Shown one piece after another: positions 15,501 through 30,524 of a DNA stretch of 64,000 nt. A program made the translations under genes and the position numbers. Source of the stretch: Pristiophorus japonicus (Eukaryota); assembly GCF_044704955.1 (NCBI RefSeq), contig NC_091980.1:130634001-130698000 (forward strand), read 5' to 3'. The first letter of the stretch is position 1, and each line of letters starts with the position of its first letter. The notes under the pieces are model-generated. The model had not been told where the DNA came from. It ran no database searches and saw only the letters and a program-made list of their open reading frames with translations.

Positions 15501-17267
15501 GTGATGTAGATTTTGACTTTGGCCCCTTTGAAAGTGCCCACACCTGGCTGAGAGATGTTCAAATTGCTTTATAACTGTTGAGCAGGAGGTCCATCCCTCT
15601 AATGACATAGCATGGACATCATCCCATTTTCAGCTTAGTTTTGCCAGCCAGCTTCTCCCCAGCAGTGCTGGGGGGTCTCTGGGGACAATCCACAGGGGAA
15701 GTCTGTTCACTGTCCCTTTTTGTGTGACAGAGAGCATGGCGCTGCTGAGGACTAGTACGATTTCTTTGGTATAGGTCTTTAGTTTGGTGTCGACCCTTGA
15801 GTTTTGATCTGTCTTTTATGCGGCCACAGTTGTTCAAATTGTTGAGGTCCCATGAGAGATTGACTCGCTCCTGTATCCAGCTCCATGTTGATGGGTATAC
15901 CATTGAGTCAGACCCTCATCATTTATAGGTGGCGTCCTGTTGTAGGAGCAGCGGCCATTGATCATGTTGACCCGCTGTACATCGGTGTCCCGGATACTGT
16001 CCCCACCGTCTTCTGGTCCGCTTTCCGACTCATCCGATTTGTATACCAGCCGAGCTGTTTTTTGCATAGGTGGGCGAAATGCCCTGTATATTCACAGTTC
16101 CTGCAAACAGCCTGCAGAAATTGACACCCCCTTGATGAGTGCCCACCCCCACACCTCCAGCACAGACCGCTTCCATTGTTCCCAAAGAATGAGCTGTGTC
16201 TGGCTGATCTCTCGAGCTTCTCTCAGTTTGTAGTTGATTGCTCGCATTGTGGGTTGATGTGTGAATGTCCTTTTCTGTGGCCCTTGATGGCTTCTTGTAC
16301 CACTGCCTGCTGTCGAGAGCCTGTTCTCCCAGTTTGGTCTGTGGGGGAGCAGCTTGTTTAATGCTGTGAACTACTTGTTCTGATATTTTGTTAGTTGTCG
16401 TACCTGTATTGTAAATCAACCTTGTTTGTTCTTCTCCCACCAAGAATGTCTGCAACCAGTGCTGCTGCCTCTAAGGTCAAGTTCTTGGTCTCTGAGCTTT
16501 TGGAATATGCCTGCTTGGCCTATTCCTTCAATGAAAAGTCTCTCAGCATTTCTCTCCTCAGTTCATCGGAGAACTCCCAGACTAGCCAACCTCAAGTTCT
16601 GCCACAAAGTTGGGTCTGCTCTGGCCCACACAGCGTCTGTAGTTGTAGAACCTGTGTCTGGCCATGTGTCGGCTACTCGCCAGCTTCAGGTCGACTCTTA
16701 CCAGTGTGCTCAATTCTTCAAATGACTTGGGTGCCAGCAGATCCTTTATTAAAGCGTATGTTTTCAAGCCACAGCTGGTCAAGAGATGAGCTCTTCTCTT
16801 GTCTGCTTTGTCGTCTCCTAACCAGTCTTTTGTTACAAAGCTTTGCTGGAGCCTTTCTATCAATCCCTCCCAATTGTCTCCAGCATTGTACTTTTCATCT
16901 AATCCGTTGTTTGCCATTCTGTAATCCCGTAACTTGTCGCCACTGTAAAGTCCTGTCCCCTCAGTACAGATTCTCACAAAGCATGTAGTGAAGTCAAGGT
17001 CACTCTGGACCTGTACCTTTATTTCACAGCTCTGGAATGCTGCACTTGCCTGAGACCTGTCCTTGTATACCTGTGTCTTGCAAGTGCACACCTGGTGGTA
17101 AGGTATGCTGGTGGTTACAGGTCATATCTTATCAGTCATGTATAGTATGTTAGGATACAGTTATATATAATAATGTAAGATATATGACACATTAAATGAA
17201 CTAAGGTCACTACAGTTAAAGTACAATACATTGCCTCGTGGAGTCATTATCAGAGCATCTAAAGACA
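12514..17267 (+). mobile_element. Older Gypsy-type solo LTR (~200 bp; halves 12514-12640 and 17190-17267) split by the Gypsy provirus
   Basis: The joined halves read TGTACT...CCATCAGAGGGCAC...CATTAAA...TGCCTCGTG...AAGACA and share motifs with the inner LTR. No clear TSD. Confidence 0.55.
12641..17189 (-). mobile_element. Ty3/Gypsy LTR retrotransposon, decayed gag-pol, in B1 intron 2
   Basis: LTRs 12641-~12854 and 16944-17189, TSD CATTA, PBS TGGCGACAAG next to the 5' LTR. gag, RT ([31 protein letters not shown]), RNase H (LETDHKPL), integrase (HCEHPG...CTIC, VSDNGPCFTS); RT-RH-IN order. Confidence 0.93.
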
Positions 17268-17634
17268 AAAAAAAACTTAGTTTAATCTGACTTTCCTCTT
17301 CAGAAACCAGAGCAGGATGAGTGGAGCAATGGTCTGGAGGCCATGCAGAGAGCTCTGCAGATGGAGAAGAATGTGAACCAGAGTCTGCTGGATCTGCACA
17401 AACACTCCACTGGGAGCACTGACCCTCATGTAAGTTTCCCAATGCTTCAATGTGGGCTTTTGGTTAAGTTGCTGTCCTTGAACTTAATTTAAAAAGATCT
17501 CTGTGCCCAATAGCTTTGTGTTGGGTCTATTTCAGGGAAGATTTTGTAAGTGTCTGATCCCAGAACATTTTTGTAAAAGCAAGTTTTCATCTAAATGATG
17601 CAGTAATTCCATCAATTTCAATTGCACCACTTAA

Positions 17635-17892
<258 letters not shown>

Positions 17893-18469
17893 TGATGCTT
17901 CTGATCAGTACTCTTGTTTATACAATATGTGTGAGACTCTGTCCTACACAAAATGATGGATTTGTACAGGCTGAGACCTGGGCTCTTGATGTGAAATGTA
18001 ATCAACTGTAAATAAACTGTTCAATATTGGACTGGGTTTTGTCTCCTTGCAATTAGTGGTTGCTTATTTTCCATTTACTGTAACTTGTTTGCAGCACAAG
18101 TATTGCACTAGGCTATGCAACAATCATACATTGGCCTCCTGTGCTGTAACCACTCAGCTGGCTCTCCAAGAGCACTTCAGCTCGTCCTACTCCCTTGCAT
18201 TTTCCCTGTTGCCCTGCAATGTTTTTCCTTCATGTACTTGTTCAATCCTATGATTGAAAATGTCTTCGCCACCCTCTCGGACAGTGCAATCCAGATATTA
18301 ACCACTCATTGCATAAAAGTTTATCCTCATGTCAGCTGTGGTTCTTCTGCCAATTGTCTTAAATTTGTGTCTGCTGGTTCTCGTCCCTTCTACGAGTGTT
18401 AATAGTCCTATAATTTTGCTCGTTGCTGGGATAATTTCAATATATTGACAGTTATATTCATAAAAACAT

Positions 18470-20410
18470 AAGAGCAGTCGTTGTCCATTTTGGTTCTGTA
18501 AAGACTGCACCACCATTAAATATGATCATAACTAATCCTTTACCACCACCATGTTCATGCTTTTACCCCATAGCCCTTGATGCCTTTTGTATCAAGATAT
18601 CTCACATCCTTAAATATATTCAGCAATTGGGCTCCACTGCCTTCTGCAGTCAATACTTCCCCAGTTTCCCCATCCTGAGTGAAAACATTTATTATCTTTG
18701 TGCTAAATTTCCTACAGCATATTCTGAGCCTGTGACTTTTTATTCTCAACTTCCCAGCAAAGGGCTACTTCCTCCCCACATCCAATCTCTCCAAACCAGT
18801 CTGAATTTTATGATTTAATACGATCCCCTTTCACTCTTCTGGTGAATACAGGCCTGGTCAAGCTATTCTCTCGTCATACGACAATCTTTCCATCCAAGGA
18901 ATCAGTCTGGTGGAACTTCGCTGCGCTCTTAAGGAGACCCAAAACTGTGCACAATACACCAGGTGTAGTTTCACCAAGGCCATGTATAATTGTAGTAAGA
19001 CATTCTTGCTCCTGTACTGTGGAAAAATTGTAAATATTAAATTTGGTTTCCTCCTCCAAATCTATTTAGAAATGTGATTAGTTGGGGCCCAAGCACCGAT
19101 CCCTGTGGTATCCCACTAGTCACGACTCACCACCCAGGAAAAGACCTGTTTATTCCGACTGTGTTTTCTATCAATTAACCAATTTTCAATCCACAGTATA
19201 TTACCCCCAATCCCATGTGCTTTAATTTTGCGCACTAACCTCTTGTGGGACTTTATCAAAGGCCTTCTGAAAATCCAAATACATGACATCCACTGGTTCT
19301 CCCTTATCTAATCTCAGTTACATCCTCGAAAAAAAACTCCAGTAGGTTTGTCAAACACAATTTTCTTTTCATAAATCCATATTGACTTTGTCTCATCCCG
19401 TTGATAGTTTCTAAGTGTCCCTTTATCACATTCTACTAATGTTAGACTAACCGGGCTGCAGTTACCTGTTTTCTTTCTCCTTCCTTTTTAAAATAGTGGG
19501 GTTACATTTGCCACCCTCCATTCTGCGGCAACTGTTCCATAATCTGTAGAAATTTGGACGATGATAACCAATGCAACCACTATTTCCATGGCTACCACTT
19601 TTATTCCTCTGGGATGCAGATTATCAGGCCCTGGGGATTTATCAGCTTTCAGTCCCATTAGTTTCTCCAGCACTATTTTCTGACTAATAATCATTACCTT
19701 TAATTTCTCTTGCTCACGAGATCCTTAGTTCCCTAGCATTTCTGTGATGTTATTTGTGTCCTCTTCTGTAAAGACAGAACCAAAGTATTTAATTGTTCTG
19801 CCATTTCCTTGTTCCCCATTATAAATTATCCCATTTGTGACTGAAAAGGACCTACATTTGTCTTCACTAATCTTTTTCTTTTTACAGACTGGGAGAAACT
19901 TTTACAGTCGGTTTTTATGATCCTTGCAAGTTTAGTCTCACACTATTTTCCTCCTCTTAAACAATCTCTTGGTCCTTTTTTGCTGAATTCTAAATTGCTC
20001 CCAATCCACAGGATTGCTACTTGTTCTGGCAACTTTGTATGACTCTTCTTTGGATCTAATACTATCCTTATATTCTTGTGTAAACCATGGTTGGGCCACT
20101 TTTCCTTTTGTGTTTTTGCAGCAGAAAGGAATGTATAATTGTTGCAATTCATGTATTCGTTACTTAAATGTTCGCCATTGACTATCCACCATCATGCCTT
20201 TTAATGACTCTTCCCAATCTATCATAGCCATTCCTCATACCTTCATAGTTTCCTCTGTTTAGATTTAGGACCTAGTTGTGCATTGGACAACTTCACTTTC
20301 AATCTTTATAAAGAATTCAATTATGTTATGATCATTCTTCCCGAAAGGACCCCGCACAAAAAGACTATTAATTAACCCCTTCTCATTGTACAATACCCAA
20401 TCTACGATAG
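18470..20410 (-). mobile_element. Mosaic of decayed CR1 LINE fragments
   Basis: Minus-strand LKADKSPGPDNLHPR...WRVANVTPLF and QPWFTQE.KDSIRSKEESYKVAR are CR1 ORF2 segments. Boundaries approximate. Confidence 0.75.
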
Positions 20411-20452
20411 GTATTCAGACATGTTGAAGATCTAATTTCAAATGTACGTATA

Positions 20453-20657
20453 TGTAACGACTCAAAAATCTGGTTCCTGAAAACTCACTCAGGTGCAACA
20501 TCATCCATCTTTATTCTAGCACAAGAGTGCCAGTGTGACAAAGACACCCAGCTTATATACAGGTGATCAAGCACACATGCCACGTGTGTCCAGCCCGATG
20601 ATCTCCAACCGCGGCGCCCTCTGGTATCTTGTGACTCCCAAGCATTAAGACATAAGA
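20453..20657 (-). mobile_element. Short Gypsy-type solo LTR
   Basis: TGTAAC...CATAAGA (one terminus mutated), 5-bp TSD GTATA, TATA and AATAAA on the minus strand. Confidence 0.65.
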
Positions 20658-21001
20658 GTATATTTTGCAAATTCTATTCATGCATTTCAATCTAGCGTTG
20701 CAACGCTGTAATACAACAAGTGAAAATGTTCACGTTTGTTCAGCCACATAAGGCAGTGAGACCACAGGTACATTTTAGTGTCTTAAAGGAGGCAGAGAGG
20801 TTTACATAATAACATGCTATGCCATTTGGCACCTCGAGCCTGTTCCGCCATTCAGTAAAATCATGACTGGTCTGATCTTGGTCTCAATACTTTCCTGCCT
20901 GTTCCCCATAACCCTTGACTCCGCTATTGTTCAAAAATCTATCTATCTCCACCTTAAATGTATTCAATGACCCTGCCTCCACACATGCGCACAGACACAC
21001 A

Positions 21002-21215
21002 CAGTACTGAGTGAATGCCGCACTGTCAGAGGGGCAGTACTGAGGGAGTGCCGCACTGTCAGAGGGGCAGTACTGAGGGAGCGCCGCACTGTCAGATGGG
21101 TAGGACTGAGTGAGCGCCGCACTGTCAGAGGGACAATACTCACAGGATTCTTCACTGTCGGAGGAGCAGCACTAAGGGATTGCCACACTGTCTGAAGGGC
21201 AGTACTGAGGGATTG
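21002..21215. repeat. 33-bp minisatellite (CAGTACTGAGGGAGTGCCGCACTGTCAGAGGGG), probably SINE-derived
   Basis: Units start at 21002, 21035, 21068, 21101 and 21134, then degenerate. Confidence 0.8.
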
Positions 21216-21469
21216 TTGTACAGACTCATGTTTGATTCAGGTTGGTCAACTGTGCTCATTGGTGGCATCTCCCCCGAAAGGGTAGTGCCTGTGGTGTGAT
21301 TGGTGGCTCTGGATCTGAATCACTGCCGCACTCTCTGCCCCATCTAAAGCAGAGTTTTAATCCAAGGGAACACCTCTCATCAGCTCATCGAGGACTGAAC
21401 CACTTCTGCACTGAAATCAGACGTCACGGCTTTGGATCTCTGGGATACACCAGCATGAAAGGTCAATGA

Positions 21470-21720
21470 CCAGAGGGGAGAGATGAGGACGATTATTTTA
21501 ACGCAGCGTGTTGTTGTGATCCGGGACGCACTGCCTGAAAGGGTGGTGGAATCAGATTCAACAGTAACTTTGAAGAGGGAATTGCATATACACTTGACAA
21601 ACGTTGCAGGGCTATGGGGAAGTAGCTGAGGAGTGGGATGAATTGGATCGCTCTTCCAAAGTGCCTGCACAGGCACGATGGGCCGAATGGCCTCTTTCTG
21701 TGCTGATAGAATCTATGATG
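21470..21720 (+). mobile_element. CR1 LINE 3' end fragment
   Basis: TQRVVVIRDALPERVVESDS segment followed by the GGCACGATGGGCCGAATGGCCT..CTGTGCTG tail. Confidence 0.7.
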
Positions 21721-21748
21721 AGCCAGACAGTTAGAGCATAACTGAGCC

Positions 21749-21802
21749 TCATCATTTCAATCAGATTTAAATATTCATCATTTCAATCAGATTTAAATAT
21801 TC
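21749..21802. repeat. Perfect 26-bp tandem duplication (also at ~53272-53325)
   Basis: TCATCATTTCAATCAGATTTAAATAT x2. Confidence 0.8.
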
Positions 21803-21912
21803 TTTCGAGTCACTGAAAACCGACTGTAAAAGGACTCGTCTAACACATCAAATTGAGGGGCAGGAAAAGACCAGCTGGTCCATCAAGCCTGCCCCAAAAC
21901 ATGCCGGAGCAA

Positions 21913-22283
21913 ATCATAGAATCATAGAATGGGTACAGCACAGAGAGAGGCCATTCGGCCTGTCGAGCCCGTGCCGGCTCTCTTCGAGAGCACTTCAGCT
22001 AGTCCCACTCCCCCGCCCTTCCCCTGCAACCCTGCTATTAATTTTTCCTTCAGGTACTTATCCAATTCCATTTTGAAAGCCACGATTGAGTCTACCTCCA
22101 CCACCCTCTCGGGCATTGCATTCCAGATCCCAACCACTCGCTGCGTAAACATGTTGACTTTGGTTCTTTTGCCAGTCACTTTAAATCTGTGTCCTCTGGT
22201 TCTCGACCCTTCTGCCAATGGGAACAGTTCCTGTCTATCGACTCTGTCCAAACACCTCATGATTTTGAATCCCTCTATCAAAT
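21913..22283 (-). mobile_element. CR1 LINE 3' end with (ATTCTATG)n tail
   Basis: IEGFKIMRCLDRVDRQELFPLAEGSRTRGHRFKV...FTQRVVGIWNAMPERVVE; ATCATAGAATCATAGAAT tail seen on the + strand. Confidence 0.85.
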
Positions 22284-22689
22284 GGAGATTTGGATGACAA
22301 TGTGTTCAGTAATGTTCACTCCCTCTCATTCTCACTCAATATATTGAATTTTACCAGACATCATTCCATGAGAATAAAAATGAAAGATTGTTGATGCCCC
22401 CATGTAGCCAATCCTCAGACACATGCCCATTCTCTGTATTCGAACTGGGGGCAGTTCACACCACCCACAGGATGGAATTCCCATTCCACTGGCCAATGCT
22501 TGGTTTGTAAATGCACCAAGACGACTTGATTGCTTTGAATATTGTCTCAGTGCCACAGAAACTTGCAAGTAACAAACTTCGCCAGATTATGAAAAACCCC
22601 TTTGGCGAAAGTAGAAAATTATAATTTCATTCAAGTGAGAGCGTTAAACAACGGCACGCTTTTAGATTTGAAGACGTTCAAGGAACCCA

Positions 22690-22931
22690 AAGGTAGTGAC
22701 ATCACCAAGACTGATCTTCCCCAGACTCCTCCTACAAATCCCCTCTCCTTTGTTAATTGGTGCCTCAATTCAGAGAAGATTCCTGATTGGCTCTGAGGGA
22801 TTGTCAATCATCATTGGTGATGTCATACCCTGTTTGAATGCAGCTGTTCCAATGTTATAAATACAGGAGCTTGTAGAAGACAGTGTGAGTTTCAGAACTG
22901 TGCAGAAGATAGTGAAATATAGAAAGTGAAG
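22690..22931 (+). promoter_or_regulatory. Proximal promoter and 5' leader of ferritin A2
   Basis: TATAAATA 22856-22863; inverted CCAAT boxes (ATTGG at ~22756, ~22786, ~22813); TGACATCA pair at 22697 and 22818. Conserved in A3. Confidence 0.65.
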
Positions 22932-25516
<2,585 letters not shown>

Positions 25517-27249
25517 ACTGTCTGGGATCAAGCTTATTGTGTTTAGTACTTGCATTTATATAATCAGGCCCATATATTGTAGGGAATGAAGGCTTGTGAC
25601 TTTGTGCAAAAAGAGCTGAAACCCACAACAGTAAATAAACTGTTCAACATTGGGCTGTGTTTTGTCACCTTGTAAATTTGAGTGGTTACTTATTTTTCAT
25701 TTAACATAACTTTATTTCCATCAAACAAGAATTACACTGACCTGTGGAACATTTATATGGGATTCAGTCCTATGAAATGTGTTTTCCCCTTGTGTAATGT
25801 CTATGTATTGACTGGGCCATTCAGGCACCTGTTATAAGATCTAAAATGTTCAATGGTGTGTTTGGACAACTGACAGTCCCATGGCATATTGGCCCAGTAC
25901 CCAAAAGTCTGGTCAGAGGTATGTATTGAGAAGGTACAGAGATGTTTAGGAAGGCATGTCTAGAGCTTGGGCCTGATAAGCTGTATCCAATTACCTGTTC
26001 CAATGATCTGTCTTTGTACAAATGACAATTCAATCCAACAAGATGTAACATCTGCTACACTTAGAGCCAATTTCCCAGTAATTCATTGTTGCACCATTTC
26101 AGGCTAATGAAGAAAAAGTCCTGGATTAGCTTCCTATTTAGTCTATGTGCCTCGTGAACGAACAGCAGTTTGTATTCAATAGCTGCAATAGATCCTCTTC
26201 AGTTATGTAGGTCGTTCAGTAATGGGACTCATCTCTGCTGCTATCGGCTTGCTGTTAAGCTTTGTAGGCAGAATAGCAATATCTCAGCACACTGAACTCT
26301 AGGCACTACAATTGGGTGAGGAGGGAAAGCAACAGCTGTCATCAGCTTGCTGTCATAGCTTCAGTGCTTCGTGTGGATACCCTAGTGGTTCTGGGACAGC
26401 TTCTCTTCCATCTGCTCCCCTAATGGTTGAATAACTTGCCAACACAACCTCCATTCAAACATGAATAAGGTATTGCAAGACTAACGGTACTCCAACAAAA
26501 TTTAATACTTGGGAAAGGTGTAAATGTATTTAATTCCACAAAGCACTCAATTTATAAGCCCATCAATTTTTTTTTTTGTTAGTACCACTGTGAATTTCAT
26601 TACTTTCACCCTGGATTCGATCTCCATTTCTCTCCTCCGTGGCTATGAATGGATACAAATGGTATTGTTGCAGCTCCAATAATCCAGTATTTACTAGTTA
26701 TTTTTAGTAATTTAACTGAGAACTGTGTTGAGTGCAATTAAATAGCCATGTACAGACATTCCAGGTTAATGTCTTGGCAACACTCAAGCGCCTTTTGGCT
26801 ATCGATGTTACATAATCTCATATATTGATGAGCCACAGTTCCACGAGTCGGCCTGGGTTTGCGTGCTGATGGGTTTGATGGCTTCATGTATCAACAAATC
26901 TCCAGCTCACTCGATGTGAAACTTTACAGGTGCTCGTGTTTTAAGAATTACTTACAATTTACAGCACAGGAAAAAGACCATTTGGGCCAACTGGGCCATG
27001 CTGTGGTTTATGCTCCATGTGAAACTTGTCCCACCCTACTTTATCTAGACCTATTAGCATATCCTTCTATTCCTTTCTCCTTGTGTTTAACTAGCTTTCC
27101 CTTAAATGCATCTATGCTCTTTGCATTCAGAGTTATTACTGCGGGTAGCTCAGTAAACGCACCGCTGCTGCTGTGGATTTTCTGTTAAGCTGTGTGGGTA
27201 AAGAAGTGAGTAACAGCTATAAAGACCCGCAATGTTTGAGCTCAAGGAC

Positions 27250-29831
27250 AGCATTTATTGTCTGTCACTAATTGCCTTTGAGAAGGTGCTGGTCAGCCAT
27301 CTTCTGGAACCGCTGCAGTCTTGTGGTGAAGGTACACCAACAGTGCTTTTCGGGGGGAAGTTCCTGGATTTTGCCGCAGTGACGAAAAAGGAATGGTGAT
27401 ATATTTCCAAGTCAGGTTGGTGTGTAACGTGGAGGTGAACTTGCAGGCATTAGTATTCCCAAACTTCTGCTGCCCTTGTCCTGCTAATTGCTAGAGCTCG
27501 TGGGATGGCTTGTGCTGCTGAAAAAAGCCTTGGCGAGTTGCTGCAGTGCATCTTGTCGATGGTACACACTGCAGCCATGGTGCACCGATGGTGGAAGCAG
27601 TGAATGTGGAAGGTGGTGGATGGGGTGCCAATCAAGCTGCCTGCTTTGTCCTGGATGGTGTCGAGCTTCTTGATGATTGCTGAAGCTGCACTCAGCCAGT
27701 CAAGTGGAGAGTACTCCACCACACACCTGACTTGTGCCTTGTCGATGCTGGAAAGACGTTAGGTGTCAGGAGGTGAGACACTCACCGCAAAATACCCAGC
27801 CTCTGGCCTGTTCTTATTACCAGACTTTTTATGCGGCTGGGCGAGTTCAGTTTCTGATCAGCGATGACCCCCAGGGGTTAATGCTGGGGAATTCAGCGGC
27901 AGTGAATGTTAAGGGCAGGTGGTTAGACTCTCGCTTTTTGCAGATAGTCATTGCCTGGCACTTGTGTGGTGCCATTGTTACTTGCCCATTATCAGCCCCA
28001 CACTGAATGTCATCCAGGTCTTGCTGCATGTGGGCATGGACTGCTTCATTTTCTGATGTCTTGCAAATGGAACAGAACTCTGTGTAATCATCAGCAAACA
28101 TTCCCACTTCTGGCCTTTATGATGGAGGGAAGTTCATTGATGAAGCAGCTTAAGATAGTTGGGCCAAGGACACTGCCCTGAGGTATTCCTGCAGAGATGT
28201 CCTGGGGCTGAGATGATTGACCTCCAACAACCACTTCCTTAGTGCTAGATATGAGTCCAGCTCATCGAGAGTTTTCGATATTCGCATCGACTTCAATTTT
28301 GCAAGGGTTACTTGATGCCGCACTCCATCAGATGCTGCCTTGCTGTGAAAGGTAGTCACTCTCACCTCAACTGTAATTCAGCTCCTTTGTACATGTTTGG
28401 ACCAAGGCTGCAACGAGATCAGGAGCTGAGTGGTCCTGGCACAACCCAAACTGGGCATCGGTGAGCAGATTATTGTCGACAAAATCTTCCCTCACTTTGC
28501 TGATGATTGAGTGTAGACTGATGGGGTGGTAATTGGCCTGAATGGATTTGTCCTGCTTTTTCTGGACAGGACGTACCAGAGCAGTTTTTCACATTGTTGG
28601 GTAGATGCCAGTGTCTCTGTACTGGAACAGCTTGGCTAGAGGTGTGGCCATGAATTTACAGATTGTGGTGCAATACAATTCTGCAGTTGCTGATGACCCA
28701 CAGTGCCTCATAGATGCCCAGTTTTGAGCTGCGAGATCTGTTTTGAATCTCTTCCATTTAACACTGTGGTCAAGCCACTCACCACGAAGGAGGGTGTCCT
28801 CAGTGTGAAGACAAGACTTTGTCTCCACAAGGATTGTATGGTGGTCACTGCTGCCAATGCTGTCATGGAGAGATGAATCTGTGACTGGTAGATTGCTGTG
28901 GACAAGATCAGTAGGTTTTTCTCTTGTGTTGATTCTCTCACCATCTGTCGGAAGCCCAATCTGAATGCTATGTCCTTCAGGACTCAGCCCGCTTGCTCAG
29001 TGATTCCGAGCCCCTCTTGCTGATGGACATTGAAGCCTATTGCTAATATCAGTGCTTCTTCCAAGTGGCCTTCAACATGGAGGAGTACTGATTCATCAGC
29101 TGAGGGAGGGCGGTAGGTGGTAATCAGCAGGAGGTTTCCATGCCCAAGCTTGACCGGAACCCATGAGACTTGATAGGGTCCAGATTAAATGTTCAGGACT
29201 ACTACCGCTACTACCTCCCGACTATATACCACTGAGCCGCCACCTCTGGTGTGTCTGCCCTTCTGGTGGGACAGGACATACGCAGGGATGGTGAAGGAGG
29301 AATCTGGGACATTGGCTGAAAGGTATGATTCTTTGATTATGACTGTGTCAGGATGTTGCTTGACTAACCTGTGGGACAGCTCTCCTCATTTAGGCACAAG
29401 ATACCAGATGTTAGTGAGGAGGACTTTGCAGGGTCGACTGGGCTGGGTGTACCATTGTCATGTCAGAAGCCGGTGCCGAGGTCAATGCCAGGTTGTCCAT
29501 CCTGTTTTATTCTAATTATTGTTTCTTGTAGCGGTTTGTTACAAATGATCAGCTTGCTTGGCCATTTCAGAGGGAAGTTCAGACTTAACCACATTGCTTT
29601 GGATTTGGAGTCATATTGGCCAGGTTTCCTTCCCTCTGGACATGAAGGAAGCAGATTGGTTTTTATGACAATCCGATAGCTCCCTGGGCATCATGACTGA
29701 TACTAGCTTTTTATTCCAGATTTTAATTTAATTAACTGAATTTCAATTCCCCAGCTACCGTGGTGGGGCTTTGGATCATTAGTCCAGGCCTCTGAATTAC
29801 TCGTCCAGTAACATAAGCACTGTTTTACCGT
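27250..29831 (-). mobile_element. Decayed CR1-group-like LINE, unit 2 copy
   Basis: Paralog of 4740-7297 (MFADD, EYSPLDWLSA motifs). Confidence 0.8.
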
Positions 29832-30524
29832 ACTCTTTGCATCTCTCAATGGCACTTTTGGAGTATCGATGTCACCACAATTCATACGTTGATGAGTCAC
29901 AATTCTGCAAGTAATGTTGGGTTTTGCGTGCTGATGAGTTTCACGGCTTCATGTTTCAGATAAAACAAATTCTTCAGCTCACTCGATGTGAAAAACTTTA
30001 CAGATGCCCTTGTTTTAAGAATTACATAGAATTTACAGCACAGAAAAAGGCCATTCAGCCTGGCAAATTGCAGTGGTGAGCGGTCCTTCTTGAACGTAAA
30101 ATGTATCAAGGATGAGATGAGGAACCGAATGGGACAAGATCGATTTAATAGTCTTTGAATCATGAGCATGGAGAGCGAAGTACTGAGAGGACTTGACTTC
30201 GCACACTGAGCCTCCTCCCAACTTCATTTAACCCGATCAGCTTATCCTTCCAATCCTTCCTCCCTCATGTGTCCATCCAGCTTCCCCTTAATCGCGTATC
30301 TGCTTTTTGTCTCAACTATTCCTTTTGATAGCGAGTTAAACATTCTGAACACTCTCTGAGTAAAGAAGTTTCTTTGAAGTCTCTCTTAGATTATTAATTC
30401 TAACTTTCTATATAATTCTATGGAGATCAGAATTTGCGCAATACTCCAAGTGTTGTCTAGCCAAGGTTCTATATAAACTTAACATGCTGCACAGGGATGT
30501 GGTTCAGTTCACCTCAACTGTGTT

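Noticed and set aside
16395-16988. 197-aa + strand ORF
   Set aside because: Antisense to Gypsy gag and not conserved in the second copy.
21002-21215. CRISPR-like array
   Set aside because: Contiguous tandem units with no unique spacers, in a eukaryotic context.
22870-22897. CAGTGT as an IRE loop
   Set aside because: No bulged C, the flanks (GAAGA/GAGTT) do not pair, it lies only ~18 nt after TATA, and it is CAGAGT in A3.
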